NCBI GenBank assembly: GCA_033763315.1
Contig: JANRKS010000017.1
Span: forward strand, 97,597 to 161,596
DNA: 64,000 nucleotides
Direction: 5' to 3'
From: Deltaproteobacteria bacterium
Lineage (GTDB): Bacteria > Myxococcota_A > Polyangia > Fen-1088
Shown here in pieces: positions 46,738 through 56,040 of the stretch (position 1 is the stretch's first letter; every line of letters begins with the position of its first letter). A model generated the notes under the pieces. It made no database searches. It saw only the letters and a list, made by a program, of their open reading frames with translations, and was not told the DNA's origin. Both the position numbers and the translations under genes were made by a program.

Positions 46738-49113
46738 ATGACCATGAACTTGTGCACACGATTGACTGTGGCGTTTGGTGTGGTTGCTGTTTTGGCGGGC
46801 TGTGCCGATCTTGAGCTTGAAAAGGTCCCCACAATCGTCACCACGGGCTCGCACCAAGTGTTGGTGGGGCAGACCTTGCAGATTACCGCCAGCACAACCA
46901 ATGCTGCCGATACCAGTTACACCTACGCGAGCAGTGCCCAAGCGGTGGCGTCGGTCGGGCCGACGGGCCTTGTCACAGGTGTGAGCGCAGGCGAAGCCGA
47001 CATCGTCGTGACCGGCGTGCCAAGCGGTGCGGTTGGTAAGCACGCGGTTGTGGTCGTGGCAAATGCCTTGAGCGCGGACGCGATGCCTGAACCAGATGGC
47101 GCCGCGCCCGACGCGACCGCCGATGCAGAACCTGTGCAGATCCCCTACTTCGATAAATGGAAAGGTTCCGCCCACGCCGATTCAACCTCTGAACCCTTCG
47201 CACATTGGAACAAAGAGGGTGCCGTGCCTGTAAACTGCGCGCGCTGCCACAGCTCCGAGGGTTTTATCGATTATTTGGGCGGCGATGGCTCGGTGCCCGG
47301 CCGCGTGGATGCGCCAGCTCCCACGCAGTCGGTCGTTCGTTGTGTGACGTGCCACGATCCCGCCGCCACCAAGCTTTCGACTGTGACGTTCCCTTCAGGC
47401 GCCACGATTTCAGGGCTTGGCGCTGAGGCCCGCTGCATGACGTGCCACCAAGGCCGCGCCTTTGGCGGTGATGTAGATAAATCCATCGCGGCCGCAGCGC
47501 CCGCCACGCTTGACACCGTCAGCGACAAGCTGGGCTTCCTCAACATCCACTATTATCCGGCGGCTGCCACGCTTTATGCTGGGCGTGCCAAAGGTGGATA
47601 CCAGTACGAGGGGCAGGTTTATGACGTGCGCTTCCGCCACGTTGAAGGCTACGACACATGCACTGGTTGCCACGACCCCCATTCGCTGCAGATCAAGTTC
47701 AACGAGTGCGTGTCGTGTCACGCGGGTGCCAAAGACTTGGCCGGCGCTCAGCAGATCCGGATGTTTTCGTCTCAGAACCGCGACTATGACGGCGATGGCA
47801 ACGTGCAGGAGGGCTTGGCACAAGAGCTTTACGGCGTGCGCGACAAACTCACGGCCGCGATGGCGGAGTACGCCAAAGAAAAGAACGCGCCGATTTGTTA
47901 TCAACCCGCCACCTATCCCTATTTCTTCAACGACACCAACAAGAACGGTCTGTGTGGCGCTGATGAAGCTGTGGCGACGAATGGCTATAAGACCTGGACG
48001 CCGCGAATGGTGAAGGCTGCGTATAACTTTCAACTTGCCACGAAGGATCCAGGCGGCTTCGCTCACAACGCGAAGTACTTGATCCAACTCATGCACGACA
48101 GCATCAACGATCTGAACCAAGCGCTGCTGGTGAAGGTGGATATGGCACAGGCCGTTCGCCAAGATACCGGCCACTTCAATGGCGCGGGCCAAGCGGCACG
48201 GCGTTGGGATTCAGGTGATGCCGTCGACGCCACCTGTTCGCGTTGCCATGGGGGCTCGGAAGGTTACCGCTTCTATGTGCAATATGGCGTTGGCCTCAAG
48301 GTGCAAGAAACCGCCAACGGTTTGGATTGCGCCACCTGCCACACCAGCTTTGGCAGCAAGTTCGATGTGCTTGCGGTGCCCTCCACAACTTTCCCAAGCG
48401 GGGTCGTACGCAAGGAGCCGGGCAACGATAACCTATGCAGCACTTGCCACAGCGGTCGCTCCGCCAAAGCCACGGTCGATGGCATCATCGCCACCGGCCC
48501 GCTGAAGTTCTCCAACGTTCACTACCTGCCGGCGGCGGCGACAAAACTGGGATCTGCCACCAAGGTCGGTTACGAATACACAGGCAAGACTTACGCAGGG
48601 CCCTTGACCCACATGGGCGGCGTGCAGTGCACGTCATGCCACGATCCCATCGCCAGCAAACACAGCTTCCGCATCGACGATGTGTTTGCCGAGCGTTGCC
48701 GCACGTGCCACGCCGATGCGTTGGGCAACGCCGAAAACATTCGCCTGGTGCACCTTGCGGACTACGACGGCGACAAGAACACCACCGAAACGTTGCCCGC
48801 TGAGCTTTCGGGCATGGCAAGTCGCTTGCTGGCGGCCATGGTGGCGGTGGCGACACCGAAGCTTTGCTACGCCCACACGAACCCGTACTTCTTCACCGAC
48901 ACCGATGGCAACGGCACCTGCGACGCCACCGAGGCGGTATCTGCCAACGCCTACAAAACGTTCACACCCGCGTTGTTGAAGGCCTCGTTCAATTATCAGC
49001 TTTACCAAGTGGAGCCGGGCGCCTGGGCCCACAACTTCAACTACGTGGGGCAACTTTTGTACGATTCGATCGAGGACCTGGGCGGCAACGTTACGGGGCT
49101 GACCCGGCCTTAA
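46738..49113 (+). CDS. Decaheme cytochrome c lipoprotein with Ig-like (Big_2-like) domain, OmcB-like
   Basis: Lipobox LAGC; Ig-like YASSAQAVASVGPTGLVTGV; 10 CxxCH in two 5-heme repeats, each ending PG.(F/W)AHN..Y..QL..DSI.DL. Alternative start GTG at 46717. Confidence 0.88.
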   Translation: MTMNLCTRLTVAFGVVAVLAGCADLELEKVPTIVTTGSHQVLVGQTLQITASTTNAADTSYTYASSAQAVASVGPTGLVTGVSAGEADIVVTGVPSGAVGKHAVVVVANALSADAMPEPDGAAPDATADAEPVQIPYFDKWKGSAHADSTSEPFAHWNKEGAVPVNCARCHSSEGFIDYLGGDGSVPGRVDAPAPTQSVVRCVTCHDPAATKLSTVTFPSGATISGLGAEARCMTCHQGRAFGGDVDKSIAAAAPATLDTVSDKLGFLNIHYYPAAATLYAGRAKGGYQYEGQVYDVRFRHVEGYDTCTGCHDPHSLQIKFNECVSCHAGAKDLAGAQQIRMFSSQNRDYDGDGNVQEGLAQELYGVRDKLTAAMAEYAKEKNAPICYQPATYPYFFNDTNKNGLCGADEAVATNGYKTWTPRMVKAAYNFQLATKDPGGFAHNAKYLIQLMHDSINDLNQALLVKVDMAQAVRQDTGHFNGAGQAARRWDSGDAVDATCSRCHGGSEGYRFYVQYGVGLKVQETANGLDCATCHTSFGSKFDVLAVPSTTFPSGVVRKEPGNDNLCSTCHSGRSAKATVDGIIATGPLKFSNVHYLPAAATKLGSATKVGYEYTGKTYAGPLTHMGGVQCTSCHDPIASKHSFRIDDVFAERCRTCHADALGNAENIRLVHLADYDGDKNTTETLPAELSGMASRLLAAMVAVATPKLCYAHTNPYFFTDTDGNGTCDATEAVSANAYKTFTPALLKASFNYQLYQVEPGAWAHNFNYVGQLLYDSIEDLGGNVTGLTRP

Positions 49114-49173
49114 CGCAGCCTTGGTGCGGTGTTGCTGCGCGGGGGAGGGCAGCTAAACTTCCTCCGTAGCAAC

Positions 49174-49881
49174 ATGGCGCTAGAAGAATACCGCAGCAAA
49201 CGGAAGTTCAAGGTTACCAGCGAGCCGGAAGGCAAGCCGGTCAAGAAGTCATCGAAGCGCAAGAAGAAGCTCGCGTTCGTGGTGCAAAAACATCGCGCCT
49301 CCGCTTTGCACTACGATCTAAGGCTGGAGTGGAATGGTGTGATGCTTTCGTGGGCCGTGCCCAAGGGCCCCTCGTACGACCCGAAGGTCAAACGGATGGC
49401 CATGCACGTGGAAGATCACCCGATCGAATACAACAAGTTCGAGGGCGTCATTCCCGAAGGCGAATACGGTGGCGGCACCGTGATGATTTGGGACCACGGC
49501 ACATGGACGCCCGAGTCCGAGGACGTGGACGACGCTCTTGCGCGCGGCGATCTCAAATTTACCTTTGAGGGTTTGAAGCTACGTGGATCATGGGTGCTGG
49601 TGCGAACGGGCCGCAAAGGTGAACAGCCAAGCAAATCTTGGTTGCTGATCAAGCATAAGGATGAGTGGACCAGCGAGCAGGACGTCACCGTGTTGTTCCC
49701 ACGCTCCGTGGTTTCGAACCGGCTTTTATTTGAAATTGCACGCGACGAAGGGGGCAACGTGCGCAAGGCGGCCGATGGCGATCCACCCGAGGCACTTAAG
49801 GAAATCGTGGAGAACCCAAGTCTCCTCGCACCCGCCAGGGGCAAAGGCAAGAAGTCGGTGTGGCATTCGAATCGAGGCTGA
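49174..49881 (+). CDS. Stand-alone LigD 3'-phosphoesterase domain protein
   Basis: Motifs LEEYRSKRKF, FVVQKHRASALHYDLRLE, SWAVPKGPS, VEDHP and YGGGTVMIWD. Confidence 0.92.
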   Translation: MALEEYRSKRKFKVTSEPEGKPVKKSSKRKKKLAFVVQKHRASALHYDLRLEWNGVMLSWAVPKGPSYDPKVKRMAMHVEDHPIEYNKFEGVIPEGEYGGGTVMIWDHGTWTPESEDVDDALARGDLKFTFEGLKLRGSWVLVRTGRKGEQPSKSWLLIKHKDEWTSEQDVTVLFPRSVVSNRLLFEIARDEGGNVRKAADGDPPEALKEIVENPSLLAPARGKGKKSVWHSNRG

Positions 49882-49910
49882 AGCGGCGAGGCAGCTGCTA
49901 CCCTGGTTCT

Positions 49911-50780
49911 ATGATCTCCCGCATCGTCACGCACCCTGGTGGCGCCCATAAAGACGAATTCTTGGCCGTTTGCGTGTTGATTGCGAAGTCATCCGCGCCT
50001 GTGTTTCGGCGCGAGCCCACGGCCGACGATCTTGAACGAACGGATGTGGCCGTGGTGGACGTGGGCGGTGAACACGAGCCACTGCGCCTGAACTTCGATC
50101 ATCATCATTTTCCGCGCGAACACCCGCCCACGTGTTCCATCAGTTTGGTGTTGCAGCACTACGGCCTCTACGACGACGCGCTTTTGTTCTGCCCATGGCT
50201 TGCGCCCGCGGAATGGTTTGACTCGCGCGGCCCAAACAGAACCGCGGAATGGTTGGGGGTGCCTCGGGACGTGGTGCCGAAGATGAACTCGCCCATCGAC
50301 ATCACAATGATTCGTCGCTTTGCCGCCAGCACGCAGCTTGAGCCGGGCCAGCCGCTTTATGAAGTGATGCGCTTCATCGGTGACGATCTCATTTCTTACC
50401 TGCAGAACATCCGCAGCCAGATCAATTTCGTGCGTAGGCACGTCACGTTATGGTCGCTGCCAGCGCCCGGCGGGCCCATCATGACGGCCTATCTGCCTCG
50501 CACGGAGCCTGAGCTGGAAGAGCCTTCCGGCGCGCTGGCGGCCTACATTCGGGCTGAGGGCCTGTCGGCCACCGTGGCCGCACTGGTGTATCCCGACCGT
50601 CGTGGCGGCGGGTTCGGCCTCGGCCGCTACGAAGATCACGCGTGCCTTGACTTCTCGCGTGTGCAAGACGAGCCAGACGTGCACTTTGCTCACAAGACCG
50701 GCTTTATCTGCAAGACGTCGGCGACGGACAGCGGGCGCCTTGCGGCCCTGGTGCAGCAGGCTTGGAAAACGCCCGCGTAA
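49911..50780 (+). CDS. MYG1 family (DHH-like metal-dependent hydrolase) protein
   Basis: Motifs IVTHPGGAHKDE, VVDVGG, FDHH and HFAHKTGF. Confidence 0.85.
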   Translation: MISRIVTHPGGAHKDEFLAVCVLIAKSSAPVFRREPTADDLERTDVAVVDVGGEHEPLRLNFDHHHFPREHPPTCSISLVLQHYGLYDDALLFCPWLAPAEWFDSRGPNRTAEWLGVPRDVVPKMNSPIDITMIRRFAASTQLEPGQPLYEVMRFIGDDLISYLQNIRSQINFVRRHVTLWSLPAPGGPIMTAYLPRTEPELEEPSGALAAYIRAEGLSATVAALVYPDRRGGGFGLGRYEDHACLDFSRVQDEPDVHFAHKTGFICKTSATDSGRLAALVQQAWKTPA

Positions 50781-50792
50781 CTTCAGCGCTTC

Positions 50793-51428
50793 ATGTTCCC
50801 CCGGCGTCTGTTCATAGCTGCTTGTGCTGGCGTTTCATTGCCGCCCACGCGCGCGCTGGCTGCAACGGTGCCGCAGAAGCTCATCGTTCCTTTGTGCATC
50901 CGCGTGGCCGAGTGCGATGGCAAACCTGTGCGGACCGACGGCTGGGTGCAAGACCACGTGGCCGCCGCGCAAATGATCTTCGCGCCACACGCTATCGGGC
51001 TGAATTACACGATGGCGCCGTTTGCACCCTCGCGCTGTGAGCTGCTCACGCGTGACGATCGCAGCGCCATGGTGACGCACGTCGTTTCGCGCACCGAGGT
51101 GAACGTGCTGGTTGTCGCGCGCGTGCGCGATCTTGACGTACCGTCTTATGATCTGCAGGGCGTTCATTGGCGCGCGCAAGGGGCAGATCCTGCAAGGCAC
51201 TGGGTGTTCCTCACTGCCCGTGCCGCGCCGCCTGTTTTGGCGCACGAGCTTTGCCACTTCTTCGGTCTTCCGCATGACCCGGCCGGTGGCAATTTGATGA
51301 CCCCGGGTCCATCGTCCCCCGTCTGGCAATCGCCGCGCCCACCGAAGCCATTCGAGCCGCGGTTAACGCATGTCCAGGCCAGCCGCTTGCGTCGCGGCGT
51401 TGCAGCGTGGCGGGCTCATGAGCGTTAA
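50793..51428 (+). CDS. Small metzincin-type zinc metalloprotease with possible Tat signal
   Basis: HELCHFFGLPH (HExxHxxGxxH); Met-turn NLM; N-terminal PRRLFIAACAG. Confidence 0.75.
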   Translation: MFPRRLFIAACAGVSLPPTRALAATVPQKLIVPLCIRVAECDGKPVRTDGWVQDHVAAAQMIFAPHAIGLNYTMAPFAPSRCELLTRDDRSAMVTHVVSRTEVNVLVVARVRDLDVPSYDLQGVHWRAQGADPARHWVFLTARAAPPVLAHELCHFFGLPHDPAGGNLMTPGPSSPVWQSPRPPKPFEPRLTHVQASRLRRGVAAWRAHER

Positions 51429-51532
51429 GGCGGCCGGTTCTTGGTACGAACGGGCGTGCATCACGCCCGCCTGCTGTGGCAGACTTCCGTCCGACGTTCA
51501 TCCTGAACGGTCGCAGCCTGGGGGTTTTCTGT

Positions 51533-52645
51533 ATGTCGAAGGCAAGACTGGTCACGGTTATGAGTTTGTTTGCGGCGGCCTGTGGCGCTTCACAAGGCGA
51601 CGCGGGCGATGGCAGCAGCAACGATCCGTTCAGAAGTGGCAAGGGCGGCACAAGCGGCCAGCTTACCGGTGGTTCCGGCTACTTTGTCGATAACCTCGCG
51701 AACCCCAAACCTGGCAGCGGAAGCGGCAGTGGTTCGGGTGACGAAAAATTTTGCGATCAAAAAGAGTTTAAGCTCAACCGCCTGCCGCCAGAGATCTTGC
51801 TGGTATTGGATCGGTCGGGATCGATGCGCCAAGACGCACAAGGAAAACGCGGCACGCCTAGCAAGTGGACGCAAACCATAGCTGCGATTGACACCACATT
51901 GGCGTCCACGGAAGCCGGCGTTTACTGGGGGCTGAAGTTGTTTCCTTCGTGGAAGGGCAGCAATGACAATGAATGCTCCACAGGTGGCATCGCGGGCGTT
52001 GACCCGGCGCTCACACAGCACGCGCAACTGATGACTGTGGTCAACGCCAATGGCCCTGGTGAAAAAGGGCGCACACCGACGGCAAAGGCGGTAACTGAGG
52101 CTGCGGCGCTTCTGGGTGCGCGTACGACGGCCAATCCGAAGTTTCTGCTGCTGGCCACGGATGGCATCCCCAATTGCCGATCGGCCACAGACAATGGCAA
52201 TGACGTGGAAGGCGCCGTGGCGGCTGTCGCGGCCGCACGAGACGCCGGTTTTGCCACCTTTGTTGTAGGCATCGCTGCGGCGGGCATTGAGGTGGACGGC
52301 GTCGATCCGTTTGCCGTGCTTAACCAGATGGCCATGGCAGGCGGTCGTCCGAGGGACGGCGAAATCAAGTTCTTCTCCGCCGGCAGCGAGCAAGAGCTGA
52401 CCTCTGCGCTGGGCACGATCGCGTCGCAGGCCGCCGAATGCACGTTCAACTTAGGCCAAGTGCCGCCTGCGCCTGAGAACATCGCTGTTGAACTCAATGG
52501 CACGCGGCTCACCCCGGCCGATTGGTCCTATGGCGCGGGCAATCGCTCGGTCATCATCAAGGGCAGTTGGTGTGACAAACTAAAGAAGGGCGATGTGACG
52601 CAAGCCCAGGTGAAGTTTGGTTGTACCGGACAAGTGATCCTGTAA
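51533..52645 (+). CDS. VWA-domain lipoprotein (CglB-like myxobacterial family)
   Basis: Lipobox AAAC; MIDAS LDRSGSM; TPT; LATDGIPNC; C-terminal disulfide-rich domain. Confidence 0.85.
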   Translation: MSKARLVTVMSLFAAACGASQGDAGDGSSNDPFRSGKGGTSGQLTGGSGYFVDNLANPKPGSGSGSGSGDEKFCDQKEFKLNRLPPEILLVLDRSGSMRQDAQGKRGTPSKWTQTIAAIDTTLASTEAGVYWGLKLFPSWKGSNDNECSTGGIAGVDPALTQHAQLMTVVNANGPGEKGRTPTAKAVTEAAALLGARTTANPKFLLLATDGIPNCRSATDNGNDVEGAVAAVAAARDAGFATFVVGIAAAGIEVDGVDPFAVLNQMAMAGGRPRDGEIKFFSAGSEQELTSALGTIASQAAECTFNLGQVPPAPENIAVELNGTRLTPADWSYGAGNRSVIIKGSWCDKLKKGDVTQAQVKFGCTGQVIL

Positions 52646-52663
52646 GCAGCCCTCGCTCCCAAT

Positions 52664-52701
52664 AAAAAAGCCTTCGGAGCCAGAGCGCCGAAGGCTTTTT
52701 T
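52664..52701. terminator. Bidirectional intrinsic terminator
   Basis: AAAAAAGCCTTCGG-N10-CCGAAGGCTTTTTT between convergent genes. Confidence 0.9.
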
Positions 52702-52742
52702 GTGCCGAGCCGGTAATCAGCAACCGGTTCGTGCAGGGGCCG

Positions 52743-53147
52743 CTACCAGCGACCGCCGCCGCCGCCGCCGCGACCGCCACGATCACCGCGGCCACCGCCG
52801 CCGTCGCGACCGCCACCACCGCCGTAGCCGCCGCCACCACCGCCGCCGCCACGACCACCGCCGCCGCCGAAGCCACGGCCACCACCGCCGCCGCCACCCG
52901 AGCGCTCTTGCGCCTCGTTAACGTTCAGCTTGCGGCCTTGGTAATCACGGCCATTCAGGTTGTTGATGGCTTCTTGAGCTTCTTGCTCGGTGGACATTTC
53001 GACGAAGCCGAAACCGCGTGGGCGGCCAGTTTCACGATCCGTTACCAGCTTGCAGTCGGCCACGTTGCCCGATTGTGCGAACAAGTCGCGAAGCTCAGAT
53101 TCGTTCACATCAAAGGACAAATTGCCTACGAACAGTCTCTTACCCAT
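52743..53147 (-). CDS. RRM RNA-binding protein with Gly-rich tail
   Basis: RNP2 LFVGNL; RNP1 RGFGFVEM; RGG-rich C-terminus. Confidence 0.95.
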   Translation of the reverse strand: MGKRLFVGNLSFDVNESELRDLFAQSGNVADCKLVTDRETGRPRGFGFVEMSTEQEAQEAINNLNGRDYQGRKLNVNEAQERSGGGGGGGRGFGGGGGRGGGGGGGGYGGGGGRDGGGGRGDRGGRGGGGGGRW

Positions 53148-53475
53148 GTCTCGTTCCGTCTCAGGGATCTCTCGATGTTGTTATTCAGATGCTCCGTCGA
53201 TCCCGTTGACGTCGACCCGATTTGTGACCCCCGCCGCCCTGCGTCCCAACCCTGACGCCCCAATACCACGACCATAATCCCGACCATTGTTGCGGCAACT
53301 CCCCCGTTCGCGCAATCCCTTCCTTTCATAAAATGAAGAAAATGCGCCCGAGACGGGCTGCAGTCCGTCCTGCCCCCCGATTGACGCGATGCTGTACTGG
53401 CACTTTCGCGATTTCATGCATTTTCTGCGATGGCTCACTGTAAGCTGTCACGAAATCCGCCGATAACCCTGGACG

Positions 53476-54414
53476 ATGGCGGTTTTCAGCCCGCACCAAG
53501 ATGAGCTCGCAGCCTTTGAGCATGCGTTCGAAGCGGCCGTTGCCGGGATCAAGGCCGAGCTGACGCAGGTGCAAAGCGTTGCGCGCTCAGCCGTGTCGCC
53601 GCTGCTGAACAGCTTCAAGGGCATCGACGAGGTCTTGGCCTCGCAACGTCGCCTCCTAAATTCGGTTGCAAGTTCGCTTACCGCGAGCCTGGCGGGGGAC
53701 CCCGGCGCCCCTTTGATGAGGTCGACAGGAAAGCTGTTGGACCAATTCGTTGACCTGGTGGTGTGCGTGGGTGGCAACAGCATGCAGATCATCGAGCGCC
53801 TCATGGTTTTGGCAGGCCATGTGGAGACGATGTCGAAGACCACGGTTGGCATCGACCACTTGGCGCGGGAGTCGCGTTTTGTTGCTTTCAACGCACGCAT
53901 TCAGACGATTCGGGCCGGGGACAAAGGCCGCACCTTTGAAGTGATTGCAGACGAGGTCAAACGTTTGGCTTCGCGTAGCGCCCAGATGAGCGCTCATATC
54001 CGGGCGGAGGTGCTGGCCACGGCGCAAAACGTAGATTTCATCCGTGAAAGCGCGGCCATGCTGGCGTCGCACGACATGAACACGGCGATCGAATCACGGA
54101 CTCGTTTGCTTAACGTGATCGAGCGCTTGGACCAGGTAAATTTGGAGCTTCAAACCACGATCGGGGAGGTCTCTGCCTTGGTCTTGACGGCCACCCGCGC
54201 CTTACAGTTTGAAGATCGACTGTCTCAGATCGTCCACCAAGCCACGGGCACCTTGGAGTCTTTCGCAGGGTTGGCGATGCGCGGTCTTCACGCCTTGGAA
54301 GGGAAAGGGGGAGCCGACGCAGCCACCCTCAGGCAGGTTAACGCCGATTTCGCTAGCTTGGCCGCCGCTGACCGCTCTTCGCCTGAGGCGCAGGGCGACA
54401 TCGAACTTTTTTGA
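53476..54414 (+). CDS. Soluble methyl-accepting chemotaxis signalling-domain protein
   Basis: Hairpin tip VAFNARIQTIRAGDKGRTFEVIADEVKRLA; ALQFEDRLSQ; no TM segment. Confidence 0.8.
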   Translation: MAVFSPHQDELAAFEHAFEAAVAGIKAELTQVQSVARSAVSPLLNSFKGIDEVLASQRRLLNSVASSLTASLAGDPGAPLMRSTGKLLDQFVDLVVCVGGNSMQIIERLMVLAGHVETMSKTTVGIDHLARESRFVAFNARIQTIRAGDKGRTFEVIADEVKRLASRSAQMSAHIRAEVLATAQNVDFIRESAAMLASHDMNTAIESRTRLLNVIERLDQVNLELQTTIGEVSALVLTATRALQFEDRLSQIVHQATGTLESFAGLAMRGLHALEGKGGADAATLRQVNADFASLAAADRSSPEAQGDIELF

Positions 54415-54597
54415 AGCCAACCAAAATAAGTCACGGCTTGGTAACCGCCATTCGATGATTGGTGGCCTTAGCCGACGGGCAGGCCCAAAAGCCCCTGAAT
54501 TTTGGCAATGTCGGCAACGTCTCGCGGGGGATTGGCGTTCAGGCACTTCTCACACTACACTGACCAATGTGGATTGGTTGTGTGGGGCGCAAGTGAA

Positions 54598-56040
54598 ATG
54601 GACGAAGTGATTCCACGCGTTATGCTGGTGGACGACGAGGGGTCGGTGCGGCTTGCGCTGGAGCGAGGGCTACAACGGTGCGGGTGCGTGGTCGTTCACG
54701 CCCGCGACGGGGAAGAAGGTTTGCGCCTGGCGCGCGAATCCGTTGTTCAGGTGGCGCTTGTTGATTTACGGATGCCGGGCATCGACGGGCACACATTCTT
54801 GCGCCGTCTGCGAGCTCAAGGATCGAATACGGCGGTCATCATCGTCAGTGGCCAAGGTGGCATGGACGATGTCGTCGATGCCATGCGTGGCGGGGCGGTT
54901 GATTACCTTAAGAAGCCGTGGTCTCAGGCGGACCTTGTCGCGGCGTATGGCCGAGGGCTCGACGCCTTCGAGCGGTCCATAACCGTTCCAACGCGAGCGC
55001 CTGAGCCAGTTGTGTCCGTCCATCCTCCGGTACCTGCGGCGGGCGGTCCGGCGAAGCCGTTGCAAGCCAGCGGTCCGGCGCCCGCTGAGTTGCATTCTTC
55101 GACCGCCGCGCCGATCTTGAAGTCGCCCGCGCCAATCTCGCCTCATCATGCCCCAGGGCCGCCGCCAACGGAACGTAAGACGACGTTGGCCGCCGTCCTT
55201 GGCAGCCTCAAGACCGGCGACATCCCCGTGCCCGCGGCGCCGACCGTGTTGGCTCGCATGCGCAACGTTGTCAGCGATCCGCAGGCCGATACGTCCGCCG
55301 TGGTGGCTTTGGTGTCGCAAGATCAACGCTTGGCAGCCGAAGTCCTTCGGCTTGCAAACACGGCGCAATATGCCCGAGGGGGGCGCGTCAGTGATCTGCA
55401 GGCGGCGGTCACCCGCCTTGGCTTTCGCCAGTTGCATCAGATGGTCGAAACGATTCTGTTGAAGTCGACCTTTCAAGTCCGCCTGCCCTGGACGCAGAAA
55501 CGCTTGCACGATGTATGGCAGCGTTCAGTGGCCACGGCGATCGCCGCCAGGTTTGTCTGCGAGACGCTGCCGCCAAACCTCAAAGCGGATCCGGGATTGG
55601 CCTACCTCTGCGGCTTGTTTTGCGATGTCGGCGCGTTCTTCTTGCTGTGGCTCATTGATGAGAACGCTCATCGGTCGGGCGAGCCGCCGGAACCTCGAGC
55701 CACGTTGGATGCGATAGAGCAGCATCACCAAACGATAGGCCGACGCATTGTTGAAACGTGGAAGATGGACCAAACTATGCAGGTGGTCGTGGCGACGCAC
55801 CACGCAGATCCGCGACCGCTCACGGGCACAGGCGTTTATCGAGCGCTCGTTTGCGTTGGCGGCTTGATTGCCGATCGGTTGGATCTGCCCACCGATATCA
55901 GCTTCAGGCAACCATTTGCCGACGAGGAAGGCTTGCTGAAGGTGCTGCACGCGATGGGGCTTTCGCCGGGTGACTTGCTGCAGATTGCCGAAGCCATTCG
56001 TCCACAGGTGGACGCGGTAACGAAGGCTTCGCGCACTTAG
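54598..56040 (+). CDS. Response regulator with receiver and HDOD domains
   Basis: Receiver MLVDDE...LVDLRMP...DYLKKP; Pro-rich linker; HDOD DQRLAAEVLRLANT...AVTRLG. Confidence 0.88.
   Translation: MDEVIPRVMLVDDEGSVRLALERGLQRCGCVVVHARDGEEGLRLARESVVQVALVDLRMPGIDGHTFLRRLRAQGSNTAVIIVSGQGGMDDVVDAMRGGAVDYLKKPWSQADLVAAYGRGLDAFERSITVPTRAPEPVVSVHPPVPAAGGPAKPLQASGPAPAELHSSTAAPILKSPAPISPHHAPGPPPTERKTTLAAVLGSLKTGDIPVPAAPTVLARMRNVVSDPQADTSAVVALVSQDQRLAAEVLRLANTAQYARGGRVSDLQAAVTRLGFRQLHQMVETILLKSTFQVRLPWTQKRLHDVWQRSVATAIAARFVCETLPPNLKADPGLAYLCGLFCDVGAFFLLWLIDENAHRSGEPPEPRATLDAIEQHHQTIGRRIVETWKMDQTMQVVVATHHADPRPLTGTGVYRALVCVGGLIADRLDLPTDISFRQPFADEEGLLKVLHAMGLSPGDLLQIAEAIRPQVDAVTKASRT

Noticed and set aside
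43072-49113. Reading the cytochrome operon as NrfHA nitrite reductase, Nap, or canonical MtrCAB/Cyc2
   Set aside because: There is no CxxCK catalytic heme, no molybdopterin subunit and no MtrA-like periplasmic decaheme. The porin fusion has two full heme domains, unlike Cyc2.
52745-52900. Repetitive CCG/CCA tract and Ala/Thr-rich ORFs (52731-53255 +, 52580-52897 -)
   Set aside because: Explained by the Gly-rich tail of the RRM protein on the minus strand; it is not a CRISPR or an independent repeat.
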